The notes beneath the pieces were generated by a model that was not told where the DNA came from, did no database searches, and saw only the letters and a list, made by a program, of their open reading frames with translations. The translations under genes were made by a program, and so were the position numbers. A stretch of DNA of 39,797 bases, from contig CASEOP010000048.1 of assembly GCA_949289505.1 (NCBI GenBank), forward strand, positions 1 to 39,797, given 5' to 3'. Of this stretch, positions 1 to 8,197 are shown piece after piece. How positions within the stretch are numbered: position 1 is the first letter of the stretch; every line of letters starts with the position of its first letter. This DNA comes from an uncultured Mycoplasmatota bacterium. GTDB lineage: Bacteria; Bacillota_I; Bacilli_A; RF39; UBA660.

Positions 1-2
1 TT

Positions 3-1700
3 AGCAATATATTTTCTTTTAGTACGCTTAGTTTAGCAACTAATGCTATAGATTTTAAAAATATTATTATTGATATAATTATAAAAAACATATGGATTAT
101 AATATTATATTTTATACCCCTAATTTTATTAATTATTTTTCATCAAAAATTTAGTTTTAAACGTACTAATAAAAAAAATATTATTATTTGTCTTATCCTT
201 ATAATTTTAATATACATCTTATCTTTACTAAGTTTATTATTTAATAAAAATCAAACTTACTCAGCTTATAACTTATATTATAATGTTAATAGTGAAATAA
301 AAAGTGTAGAAAAATTTGGCTTATTAACTTACACAAGATTAGATATCAAAAGGGTAATATTTGGCTTTGAAGAAAAGTTACTAACCTCACAAGAGCCAAA
401 TATTCCAGAAACTAATGAAGAAAATAAAGAGGAACAAATAGAAGAAGAAACAGTAACATATAATGAACTACAAATAGATTTTGATACTCTTATATCTAAT
501 GAATCAAATGAGACCATAAAAAATATGTTAGAATTTTTTAAAAATAGTGAATCCACCAACAAAAATGAATACACAGGATTATTTAAAGGAAAAAATTTAA
601 TCTTCATTTTAGCTGAAGGTTTTAACATGATAGCGGTTGATAAAAACTTAACTCCAACATTATATAAATTAACTAATGAAGGATTTGTTTTTAATAATTT
701 TTATTCTCCCGTATTTTTAAGTACTACTGGTGGTGAATTTCAAGCAACAACTGGTTTAATACCAACTCAATCAATATTATCTGATTGGAAAAAATATATG
801 CCAACCATTTCTTATGGCTTAGGCAACGCTTTTACAAAGATAGGATACACAGCTAATAGTTATCATAATTGGACATATACTTATTATAGTAGGCAAAAAA
901 CAATGGAAACATTAGGTTTTACTTCTTATATAGGCTGTGGCAATGGAATGGAAGATCTAATTAATTGTAATTGGTTACCAAGTGATATAGACATGATAGA
1001 TAAAACTTTACCCCTTTATAAAGATAATACTCCTTTTGTAACATATTATGTAACGGTATCTGGCCATGCTCCTTACGTTTATAATTCATCGGGTAATTCA
1101 ATTGCCTTAAAAAATAAAGATTTAGTAGCAAATTTACCATATAGTGATAATGTAAAAGCCTATTTAGCTACTCAAATAGAACTAGATAAAGCTCTAGAAA
1201 ACTTAATAGATGGTTTAAAAAATGCGAATATCCTAAATGATACAGTTATAGCTTTAGTAGGAGACCATTATCCATACACATTAACTATTGATGAAATAAA
1301 TGAGATAAGTGATTATGAAAGAGACGAAATAATTGAAGTCAATAAAAGTAACTTTATTTTATGGAACAATGACATGGAAACAATAGAAATAGATAAGGTT
1401 GGTAGCCAAATAGATGTATTACCAACTATACTCAACTTATTTGCTATAGACTATGATTCACGCTTAATAATGGGTAAAGATTTATTAAGTAATAGTGCAG
1501 GATTAGCTATCTTTTCTAATCGAAGTTGGGTAAGTGATTATGGAACGTATAAAAATGGCAAATTTACTTTAAAAGACAACATGTACTTAGAAAATGAAGC
1601 CCAATATATTACTGATATGAATAATTTAGTTGCTAACAAATTTGCTTTAAGTGCTAATATTATTAAATATGATATGTATAAATATATTTTAAACTGGTAA
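3..1700 (+). CDS. ltaS: LTA synthase family protein (LtaS-like sulfatase-fold polyglycerolphosphate transferase); 5' end cut by the window edge
   Basis: The frame of ORF 525..1700 stays open back to nt 3. The upstream part encodes hydrophobic TM segments (IIKNIWIIILYFIPLILLIIF, IIICLILIILIYILSLLSLL). An extracellular sulfatase-like domain follows (NLIFILAEGFN, TVSGHAPY, ALVGDHYPY, VGSQIDVLPT). This is the typical LtaS architecture. Confidence 0.8.
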   Translation, partial: SNIFSFSTLSLATNAIDFKNIIIDIIIKNIWIIILYFIPLILLIIFHQKFSFKRTNKKNIIICLILIILIYILSLLSLLFNKNQTYSAYNLYYNVNSEIKSVEKFGLLTYTRLDIKRVIFGFEEKLLTSQEPNIPETNEENKEEQIEEETVTYNELQIDFDTLISNESNETIKNMLEFFKNSESTNKNEYTGLFKGKNLIFILAEGFNMIAVDKNLTPTLYKLTNEGFVFNNFYSPVFLSTTGGEFQATTGLIPTQSILSDWKKYMPTISYGLGNAFTKIGYTANSYHNWTYTYYSRQKTMETLGFTSYIGCGNGMEDLINCNWLPSDIDMIDKTLPLYKDNTPFVTYYVTVSGHAPYVYNSSGNSIALKNKDLVANLPYSDNVKAYLATQIELDKALENLIDGLKNANILNDTVIALVGDHYPYTLTIDEINEISDYERDEIIEVNKSNFILWNNDMETIEIDKVGSQIDVLPTILNLFAIDYDSRLIMGKDLLSNSAGLAIFSNRSWVSDYGTYKNGKFTLKDNMYLENEAQYITDMNNLVANKFALSANIIKYDMYKYILNW

Positions 1701-1832
1701 AAAGAGGTTTAATAAAAGAACATATCTTGAATACAATATGAATATGTACTACAGATATTACTTATGTACATAATTTGCTTTGATTTCAATCTAATATTAT
1801 ATGTATTAACGATTTCAAGGAGTAATATCTAA

Positions 1833-1853
1833 AAGAAGCGCTGCTTCTTTTTT
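1833..1853 (+). terminator. Rho-independent terminator candidate downstream of ltaS
   Basis: Stem aagaagc / gcttctt with loop gct, followed by a T-run (1850-1853). Confidence 0.45.
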
Positions 1854-1944
1854 ACGTTTAAGTAAATTTTAACAAATTTTGTAATGTTTTGTCGAACATA
1901 CTGAAAATATTTTTTTAATATGATAATATGGACATGGTGATAGT

Positions 1945-2049
1945 ATGAAAGAGGAATTATTAATTAATGATGTAGTAAAAAGTGTAGATGAAGCTTTATT
2001 AAATTTAGAAATGTATTACACAATTAAAAATATTAATAGAATTGATTAA
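1945..2049 (+). CDS. Possible 34-aa small ORF (MKEELLINDVVKSVDEALLNLEMYYTIKNINRID), convergent with the XRE regulator
   Basis: ATG is preceded by a GGTGA-like RBS. A hairpin (atagtccta / taggactat) with a T-rich tail follows and overlaps the 3' end of the XRE gene. The ORF is short with no recognisable family, so it is weakly supported. Confidence 0.2.
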   Translation: MKEELLINDVVKSVDEALLNLEMYYTIKNINRID

Positions 2050-2058
2050 CTAATAGTC

Positions 2059-2511
2059 CTAACTTAAATATTTAGGACTATTTATTTTTCCTAATAAATA
2101 GTCAGCAGAAATATTATATTTTTTACATATAGTATATAAAAAAGGAGTAGCAATTAAATTTCTCCCTTTTTCATTAAAAGCAATAGAAGAAAAAGTAGTA
2201 TTTAGCATACTGGCTAATTTAACTTGAGTAATTTTATTATCTTTCCTAAACTCTTTTAGTCTCTTACCAGCTTCTATTTTATCTACATCGTGAGTACTAT
2301 CATACTGTTTTTCATCAGTTAAATTAAGAATATAATCTATTGAAACATCATAATATTTACTTAAATAAACTAAATGTTTAATCGGAATTATTTTTTCCTT
2401 TGTTTCATAATGATTATAAGTTTTTCTATCAATTTTAAGCAGATTTGCTATATCTTTTTGCCTGAGATTCTTATCCTCCCGTAAGGCTTTTAAAGTATAA
2501 TTATAGTCCAT
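2059..2511 (-). CDS. XRE-family transcriptional regulator with two tandem helix-turn-helix domains
   Basis: There are two Cro/C1-type HTH units. One is LRQKDIANLLKIDRKTYNHYETKEKIIPIKHLVYLSKYYDVSIDYILNL. The other is ITQVKLASMLNTTFSSIAFNEKGRNLIATPFLYTICKKYNISADYLLG. Confidence 0.8.
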   Translation of the reverse strand: MDYNYTLKALREDKNLRQKDIANLLKIDRKTYNHYETKEKIIPIKHLVYLSKYYDVSIDYILNLTDEKQYDSTHDVDKIEAGKRLKEFRKDNKITQVKLASMLNTTFSSIAFNEKGRNLIATPFLYTICKKYNISADYLLGKINSPKYLS

Positions 2512-2583
2512 ATTATCACCAAGTCAATTTTCTCATTATAATTTTGGCCAATAAATACAAAGCTCACTATTGTGTTATTTTTC

Positions 2584-2612
2584 TTGACTTTCCATATACC
2601 GAAGTTTATAAT
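2584..2612 (+). promoter_or_regulatory. SigA-type promoter candidate for the 2700..3920 gene, in the region divergent from the XRE gene
   Basis: TTGACT (2584-2589), 17-nt spacer, TATAAT (2607-2612). Confidence 0.5.
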
Positions 2613-2699
2613 TAATATATAAGCTAGGTAACTTTCATTATCATAGCTAATATTATTAATAATTGAAATGAAGTAGAACTTCACGGAAAGGAAAAAGGT

Positions 2700-3920
2700 A
2701 TGAAGATAGAAACACTTAAAAGAAGTCATTTAAAAAGAAACATTATCATAGGAGTATTTGCAGTAGCGGTAATAAGTGCAGCAATATTAAATTTCACAAG
2801 AGCTAAATACCGGGTAACACAAAGTATACCACTTGTAACAGGGACAATTAATTATAAGTTAGCTGACTTAAATGTTATAGCGATGTATCAAGTAAACGAA
2901 AGTGGTGGATATGATTCGATAGATACAGTGCCTGATTCAGGCTATGTTTTAAATGAAGAAGAAAGTTACTGTGAAATTGATAGAGAAAAAGATGACAGTA
3001 TTACTATGATATATGAAAATGGTGTAGTAAATATTGGTGTTAAGGAAAAAGGCACAAAATGCTATTTGTATTTTGATGAAGGTGGATTATTATCAGGAAA
3101 TTTAGCCGAATCTATTATAGCAAACGCAGGAACAGATCAAATTTTAAATGATGACACTTCTGCACAAAATCCAAGATTTGTTGGTGCAGATCCGGATAAT
3201 TATGTATACTTTAATTGTGATGATTATAATAATCCAAGTAGTAGTACATGTGAATTATGGAGAATTATTGGAGTATTTAGTGAAGATACCCATGTTAGGA
3301 GTGGTGAAAAGTTAGTTAAATTAATACGAGATGAAAGTATTGGAAGCTACGCATGGGATTCAGGAGATGTTAATGATTGGACAACGGCAAGTTTACAAAA
3401 AAGTTTAAATGGAAGTTATTTAAGTGGAACAACCTTAGGAAGTGGAAAAGGAATAACCAGTGCAACAAATAACATGATTGAGACCGTAACATGGAAATTA
3501 GGAGAAAGTAGCACCTACAATGATGTAACAGCAAGTATGTTTTATGAAAGAGAAAGAGGAACAACAACATGGAAAGGAAAGATAGGATTAATGTATCCAA
3601 GTGATTATGGATATGCAACAAGTGGAGGAAGTACAACAAATCGCTCGTCTTGTTTAGCAAAAGAACTGTTTAATTGGGATAGTTCTAGTGATTGTAAAAA
3701 TAATGATTGGTTATATGATAGTGGTACTACTCAATGGACTTTAACTCCTCTTTCTTCTAGCACCGGCTACGTGTTTGGTGTGACCAACGACGGCATTGTC
3801 GGCAACCGCCACATCGCGCTCAACCGCAATGCCGTGCGTCCATCTATCTATCTAAAATCTAATATCGCGATTTCTAGCGGAACCGGATTAAGTTCCAATC
3901 CATATACTTTGACTGACTAA
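2700..3920 (+). CDS. Membrane-anchored or secreted surface protein with a C-terminal lectin-like (DUF6273/DUF1566-like) domain
   Basis: N-terminal TM or signal anchor (NIIIGVFAVAVISAAILNF). The C-terminus shows the pattern QWTLTP...GYVFGVTNDGIVGNRHIALNRNAVRPSIYL. From memory this resembles the W-x-(S/T)-(S/T)-P ... G ... VRP(A/S)(L/I) signature of DUF6273/DUF1566-type domains. Not verified by search. Confidence 0.6.
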   Translation: MKIETLKRSHLKRNIIIGVFAVAVISAAILNFTRAKYRVTQSIPLVTGTINYKLADLNVIAMYQVNESGGYDSIDTVPDSGYVLNEEESYCEIDREKDDSITMIYENGVVNIGVKEKGTKCYLYFDEGGLLSGNLAESIIANAGTDQILNDDTSAQNPRFVGADPDNYVYFNCDDYNNPSSSTCELWRIIGVFSEDTHVRSGEKLVKLIRDESIGSYAWDSGDVNDWTTASLQKSLNGSYLSGTTLGSGKGITSATNNMIETVTWKLGESSTYNDVTASMFYERERGTTTWKGKIGLMYPSDYGYATSGGSTTNRSSCLAKELFNWDSSSDCKNNDWLYDSGTTQWTLTPLSSSTGYVFGVTNDGIVGNRHIALNRNAVRPSIYLKSNIAISSGTGLSSNPYTLTD

Positions 3921-4091
3921 CTAACAGTTTTAAGAAAAGCTAGGAGAAATTGAAGTAATTGATATAAAAGTGCGACCCAAAGTGTACGATTTTAAGTAAA
4001 TAGTATAACAATAAGTATAATTGTATATTTGCAAGGATTTAATCTACTCTTTTATTCAAAAGTATTTAATTTATTGCACTAAAAAAGCAAA

Positions 4092-4117
4092 AAATAAGTG
4101 ATGTTCACTTATTTTTT
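4092..4117 (+). terminator. Rho-independent terminator
   Basis: Stem aaataagtga / tcacttattt with loop tgt, followed by a T-run. Confidence 0.6.
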
Positions 4118-4179
4118 ATTGTGGCTGTAAATAGTAACAAGTATTTAAATGAATTAGTTTTGATGCCCTGTATCAAAGA

Positions 4180-4208
4180 TTGCAATTATCCGTTTTTATA
4201 GATATAAT
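4180..4208 (+). promoter_or_regulatory. SigA-type promoter candidate for the GT-C / GT2 / lgt / trxB gene string
   Basis: TTGCAA (4180-4185), 17-nt spacer, TATAAT (4203-4208). Confidence 0.45.
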
Positions 4209-4234
4209 ATTATTAATAAAAGGAATGATTGCAA

Positions 4235-6352
4235 ATGCACAAATTTATAAATATTTGTTTTAAAACAATGCTTCTTATTTTAATGGTTTTATTTAGTTAC
4301 ATAACAATTGTAAGCGCCTTTTATGGGTTAAATAACAAAACTTCTTTTATAATCGCTGTAATAGGTACAATTGTCACATATTATTTGTTTAAATACTTAA
4401 ATAAAAAGCTAAATAATTTAACAGGTAAACAAATTTCCATTATAGCCGGTTTATTATCTATATTATTTTTTTTAGGTTTATTATTAATAGGTCTATTTTT
4501 GCCTATATCATCTGTAACTGATTTATCACATATTATCGAATATGTTAATAGGTTATTTAGCGAATCAAGTTTAACTATAACAGGACCATATTTTTCAAAA
4601 TATACAAATCAAATACCTTTATTAATAATAGTATATGGTTTTACTAAAATAGGTAGTATTTTTAATTGTGCTAATGTCTTATTAATGGGTACTATTTTCA
4701 ATGCTATTTTTATTTCTACAACAGCTTATTTTATCTATTTAACAGCAAAAGAAATAAAATCTCCTAAAGCGGGTTTATTGTCACTAATTTTTATGATAAT
4801 AAACCCCATATTTTATTTATATACTTCCTATTTTTATACCGACACTTTATGTATGCCATTTGCTATAATAGGTTTATATTTAATAATTAAAAGCCTTAAA
4901 AGTAACAACTCTAAAAAGCAAATACTTTTATCCATATTATCAGTTTTTTCTTTTTATCTTGGTTTAAAAATAAGAGTAGTAGTCATAATTTTATTAATTG
5001 CCATACTATTATATATATTTATATCAACTAATTTAAAATATAAATTAAAAATATATACTTCACTTTTTCTTGGAATATGTCTAGGTTTATTTGGCTATAA
5101 AGCCATCACCAATTACTTTGATATTTCAATAAATAATAATCAAACATTTCCCATAACGCATTGGTTAATGATGGGCTTAAATGAGGAATATACTGGCGGA
5201 TATAATGAGCCTGATCATACTTTGACATATAATGAAGAAACATATGAAGAAAAAAAAGAAACTAATATTGCTGAAATAAAGAAAAGAATTAACGAATTAG
5301 GGCCTATTGGCTTAATTAAATTAGAAGGAATGAAAATAGCTCGAACATGGTGTAGTGGTAATTACGGAGTTTACGCCAAACTAAATAACACTAAAGATGG
5401 AACAGGACTATACCAATATTTAGGTGGCTATGGTAACACTAATATGTTTTTAAAATGTAGTTTACAAATTTTAAAAACATATATAAATTTAATAGTATTA
5501 ATAGGCCTTTATCAACTTTATAAAAATAAGAAAAAAGAATATAGTTATGATACAATAATATATATAGCTTTATTTGGAGCCATTATTTTTTATATCTTAT
5601 GGGAATCAGCCCAAAGATATAGTTTATCATTTTTACCATGGATGATTATTCCTCTAGGTATCATTTATAGTAAAATAGAGGATACAAATCTAAAAAATAA
5701 AGAGGAAATAAACACTACCAAAAAAGTAGTCGGCATCACCATATTGTTAATAAGTATTACGTTATTAACAATTAATTTCCCTAAATATGCTTTAGATATT
5801 CAAACTTATGAAGATGTAAGAATATTATCATATCGTGGTTTTGATACTATTAATATCGAAGATAATACTATAACTCAAACATTTACAGCCCAAGATTCAT
5901 TTAATCAAATTAAAATTAATTTTACTAATAACGAAACTGCCACTTCAAGTATCTACTTATTTTCTTTATATGGTGAAAACAAAGAATTATTATATTCCGA
6001 AAAATTTAACAGTAACACCATAAAAAATAATAGTAACTACAAATTTAAATTTAATACTTTAAAAAAGGGTAAATATAGTATTGAGATTACTAAACTAGAA
6101 GGTAAAAATGTTCTTGGAATTAAAACATATAATGAAGGAAAATATTACACAGTTTATAGTTTAGGCAATATTTTTATAAATAATAATAAAACTTATGGTA
6201 CATTTGTCTTTCGCGTCGATTATGTAAATGAAAGAACATACATAAAACCATTATCATATATAATAATAAGCAGTGTCTTAATTATTATAGAATTAATTAG
6301 TTTTAAAGCTATAATATTTGCAAAAAATAATAACTTGAGAAAAAATATATAG
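4235..6352 (+). CDS. Polytopic membrane glycosyltransferase, GT-C fold (ArnT/PMT-like), with a ~190-aa extracytoplasmic C-terminal domain and a terminal TM helix
   Basis: More than 10 hydrophobic segments over the first ~520 aa. A soluble beta-rich domain follows (QTFTAQDSFNQIKINFTNN...YSIEITKLEG), then a last TM (IIISSVLIIIELISF). It lies directly upstream of a GtrB/CsbB-like GT2. The ORF track starts at TTG 4229; ATG 4235 sits 10 nt after an AAAGGA RBS. Confidence 0.55.
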   Translation: MHKFINICFKTMLLILMVLFSYITIVSAFYGLNNKTSFIIAVIGTIVTYYLFKYLNKKLNNLTGKQISIIAGLLSILFFLGLLLIGLFLPISSVTDLSHIIEYVNRLFSESSLTITGPYFSKYTNQIPLLIIVYGFTKIGSIFNCANVLLMGTIFNAIFISTTAYFIYLTAKEIKSPKAGLLSLIFMIINPIFYLYTSYFYTDTLCMPFAIIGLYLIIKSLKSNNSKKQILLSILSVFSFYLGLKIRVVVIILLIAILLYIFISTNLKYKLKIYTSLFLGICLGLFGYKAITNYFDISINNNQTFPITHWLMMGLNEEYTGGYNEPDHTLTYNEETYEEKKETNIAEIKKRINELGPIGLIKLEGMKIARTWCSGNYGVYAKLNNTKDGTGLYQYLGGYGNTNMFLKCSLQILKTYINLIVLIGLYQLYKNKKKEYSYDTIIYIALFGAIIFYILWESAQRYSLSFLPWMIIPLGIIYSKIEDTNLKNKEEINTTKKVVGITILLISITLLTINFPKYALDIQTYEDVRILSYRGFDTINIEDNTITQTFTAQDSFNQIKINFTNNETATSSIYLFSLYGENKELLYSEKFNSNTIKNNSNYKFKFNTLKKGKYSIEITKLEGKNVLGIKTYNEGKYYTVYSLGNIFINNNKTYGTFVFRVDYVNERTYIKPLSYIIISSVLIIIELISFKAIIFAKNNNLRKNI

Positions 6353-6379
6353 CTTGTTATAATAATTAAGAGGTGACAT

Positions 6380-7321
6380 ATGAAAATATTATATCTAGTA
6401 ATACCGTGTTACAATGAAGAAGAGGTATTACCAATTACTAAAGAAGCTTTAAAAAAGAAAATGGAAGATTTAATAGAAAATAAGTTAATAAGTAAAGAAA
6501 GTAAAGTCATGTTTATAAATGATGGTTCTAAAGATAAAACTTGGGAATTAATTGAAAAATATAATGATGAAGATAAATTGTTTACTGGCGTAAAATTATC
6601 CCGAAATAAAGGCCATCAAAAAGCTTTATTAGCGGGTCTAATGACTGCCAAAAAATATGCTGACATAGTTATAAGTATGGATGCAGATTTACAAGATGAC
6701 ATAAATGTTATTGATAAAATGTTAGAAGAAAATAATAAAGGAAATGAAATAGTATATGGAGTACGGAGTAGTCGTAAAAAAGATAGTTGGTTTAAAAAAA
6801 CTACTGCCGAAGGTTTTTATAAATTAATGAAAATTATGGGGGTAGAAGTTGTATTTAATCATGCTGACTGCCGTCTTATGTCCAAAAAAGTTTTAGAAGA
6901 ATTAGAAAAATTCAATGAAGTTAATTTATTTTTAAGAGGAATTGTGCCTTTAATTGGTTTTAACTCGTCTATAGTTACTTATGAAAGAGATGAACGAAAA
7001 GCAGGAACTAGTAAGTATCCTCTTAAAAAAATGCTATCATTTGCTTGGGATGGCATAACCTCTTTTAGTGTAAAACCTTTAAAAATGATCACAGCTCTAG
7101 GATTCTTAACCGTCTTTATAAGTATCATAATGATTATATATACCCTAGTTGTAAAAATATTAGGAAGTACTGTTGATGGATGGGCTTTTATCATGGTATC
7201 AATTTGGTTTATTGGTGGTGTTCAATTAATATCAATTGGCCTAATTGGTGAATATATTGGTAAAATATATAATGAAACTAAACATCGTCCTCGATATATT
7301 ATTGAAAAAGAATTAAAATAA
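6380..7321 (+). CDS. Polyprenol-phosphate glycosyltransferase, GT2 family (GtrB/CsbB-like)
   Basis: Motifs LVIPCYNEEEVL, FINDGSKDKT, LSRNKGHQKAL and DADLQDD, plus two C-terminal TM helices (ITALGFLTVFISIIMIIY, FIMVSIWFIGGVQLISIGLIGEYIG). This is the classic GtrB/CsbB layout. Confidence 0.85.
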   Translation: MKILYLVIPCYNEEEVLPITKEALKKKMEDLIENKLISKESKVMFINDGSKDKTWELIEKYNDEDKLFTGVKLSRNKGHQKALLAGLMTAKKYADIVISMDADLQDDINVIDKMLEENNKGNEIVYGVRSSRKKDSWFKKTTAEGFYKLMKIMGVEVVFNHADCRLMSKKVLEELEKFNEVNLFLRGIVPLIGFNSSIVTYERDERKAGTSKYPLKKMLSFAWDGITSFSVKPLKMITALGFLTVFISIIMIIYTLVVKILGSTVDGWAFIMVSIWFIGGVQLISIGLIGEYIGKIYNETKHRPRYIIEKELK

Positions 7322-7343
7322 TTAAAAGATAAAAGGAGAAATT

Positions 7344-8168
7344 ATGAATCCAATATTAATAGACATATTTGGTATAAAAATTCACTGGTATTCATTTTTA
7401 ATATTAATAGCAATAATAATAGGAATTTACTTATTATTAAAAGAAACCAAAAAAGAAAAATACAATACAGAATTAATATTTAATTTATGCTTTTGGGCCA
7501 TTATAATTGGCATTATAGGCGCACGTATTTATTATGTTATATTTAATTTTTCTTATTATAAATCCAACTTATTAGAAATATTTGCTATATGGAATGGAGG
7601 GCTAGCAATTCATGGCGGCATTATAGCAGGCTTTCTAACTATATTATTTTTAAGTCATAAATATCATTTAAATTTTTTGAAATTACTTGACATGGCTGTA
7701 CCAAGTCTAATTTTAGCCCAAGCTATAGGAAGATGGGGCAACTTTTTTAATAGTGAAGCCCATGGTATTGCCACTACCTATAGTAATTTGCAACAATTAA
7801 TGGTGCCCGAATTTATTATTAAAGGAATGAATATAGGAGGAGTATATTACTTACCTACCTTTTATTTTGAATCTTTATGGTGTTTATTAGGCTTTATTAT
7901 ATTAATAATTGTAAGGAAATTTAAATATATAAAAATTGGTGCGACAACTTGCCTATATTTAATATGGTATAGCATAGGGCGCTTTTTTATTGAAGCATGG
8001 CGTACGGATTCTCTAATGTTAGGAGGATTTAAAGTTGCTCAAATAATATCAGTTATTTTAATTATAATTGGCATAACATATTTAATATATTTAAGTAGTA
8101 AAGGAAAATATGAAAATTTATATAACAATATAAATAATAATAGAGTAGTAAAAAAGAATAATAACTAA
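7344..8168 (+). CDS. lgt: Prolipoprotein diacylglyceryl transferase
   Basis: Motifs IHWYSFLILIAIIIG, GARIYYV, WNGGLAIHGGIIAG and GRWGNFFNSEAHG. Confidence 0.9.
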   Translation: MNPILIDIFGIKIHWYSFLILIAIIIGIYLLLKETKKEKYNTELIFNLCFWAIIIGIIGARIYYVIFNFSYYKSNLLEIFAIWNGGLAIHGGIIAGFLTILFLSHKYHLNFLKLLDMAVPSLILAQAIGRWGNFFNSEAHGIATTYSNLQQLMVPEFIIKGMNIGGVYYLPTFYFESLWCLLGFIILIIVRKFKYIKIGATTCLYLIWYSIGRFFIEAWRTDSLMLGGFKVAQIISVILIIIGITYLIYLSSKGKYENLYNNINNNRVVKKNNN

Positions 8169-8197
8169 CAAAAAGGTATAAGTAAGGAGAAATAATA

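Noticed and set aside
329-628. Minus-strand ORF overlapping the LtaS-like gene. Similar antisense or overlapping ORFs occur at 2490..2729, 3370..3660, 6979..7194, 8062..8331, 8377..8580, 9906..10136, 10564..10863, 11481..11825, 11692..11898, 11972..12169, 14533..14718, 15133..15330, 18150..18473, 18541..18726, 19036..19290, 20224..20412, 22633..22845, 23082..23270, 23540..23797, 24386..24580 and 27000..27185.
   Set aside because: All lie antisense to, or overlap, well-supported genes. They have low-complexity or hydrophobic junk-like translations, no RBS and no recognisable motifs.
1738-1773. Tyr-rich 11-codon mini-ORF (MNMYYRYYLCT) upstream of the terminator hairpin at 1833, which could be read as a leader-peptide attenuator.
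   Set aside because: It has no convincing RBS and no downstream gene to regulate. TAT/TAC-rich short ORFs are expected by chance in this AT-rich DNA.
2700-2800. Whether the N-terminus of the 406-aa surface protein (AAILNFTRAKY) is also a SipW-type signal.
   Set aside because: It lacks the (F/Y)-A-Y-F core shared by the three clear cases, and it has no small residue at the equivalent -1 position. I treat it as a generic signal anchor.
3921-4228. I looked for a DGR template repeat, IMH-like element or reverse transcriptase next to the NNC island. I also checked the rest of the window.
   Set aside because: This intergenic region is ordinary AT-rich sequence with a terminator and a promoter. 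No second copy of the 3759-3842 segment and no RT-like ORF are visible anywhere in the window. The DGR idea therefore stays a hypothesis that needs the rest of the genome.
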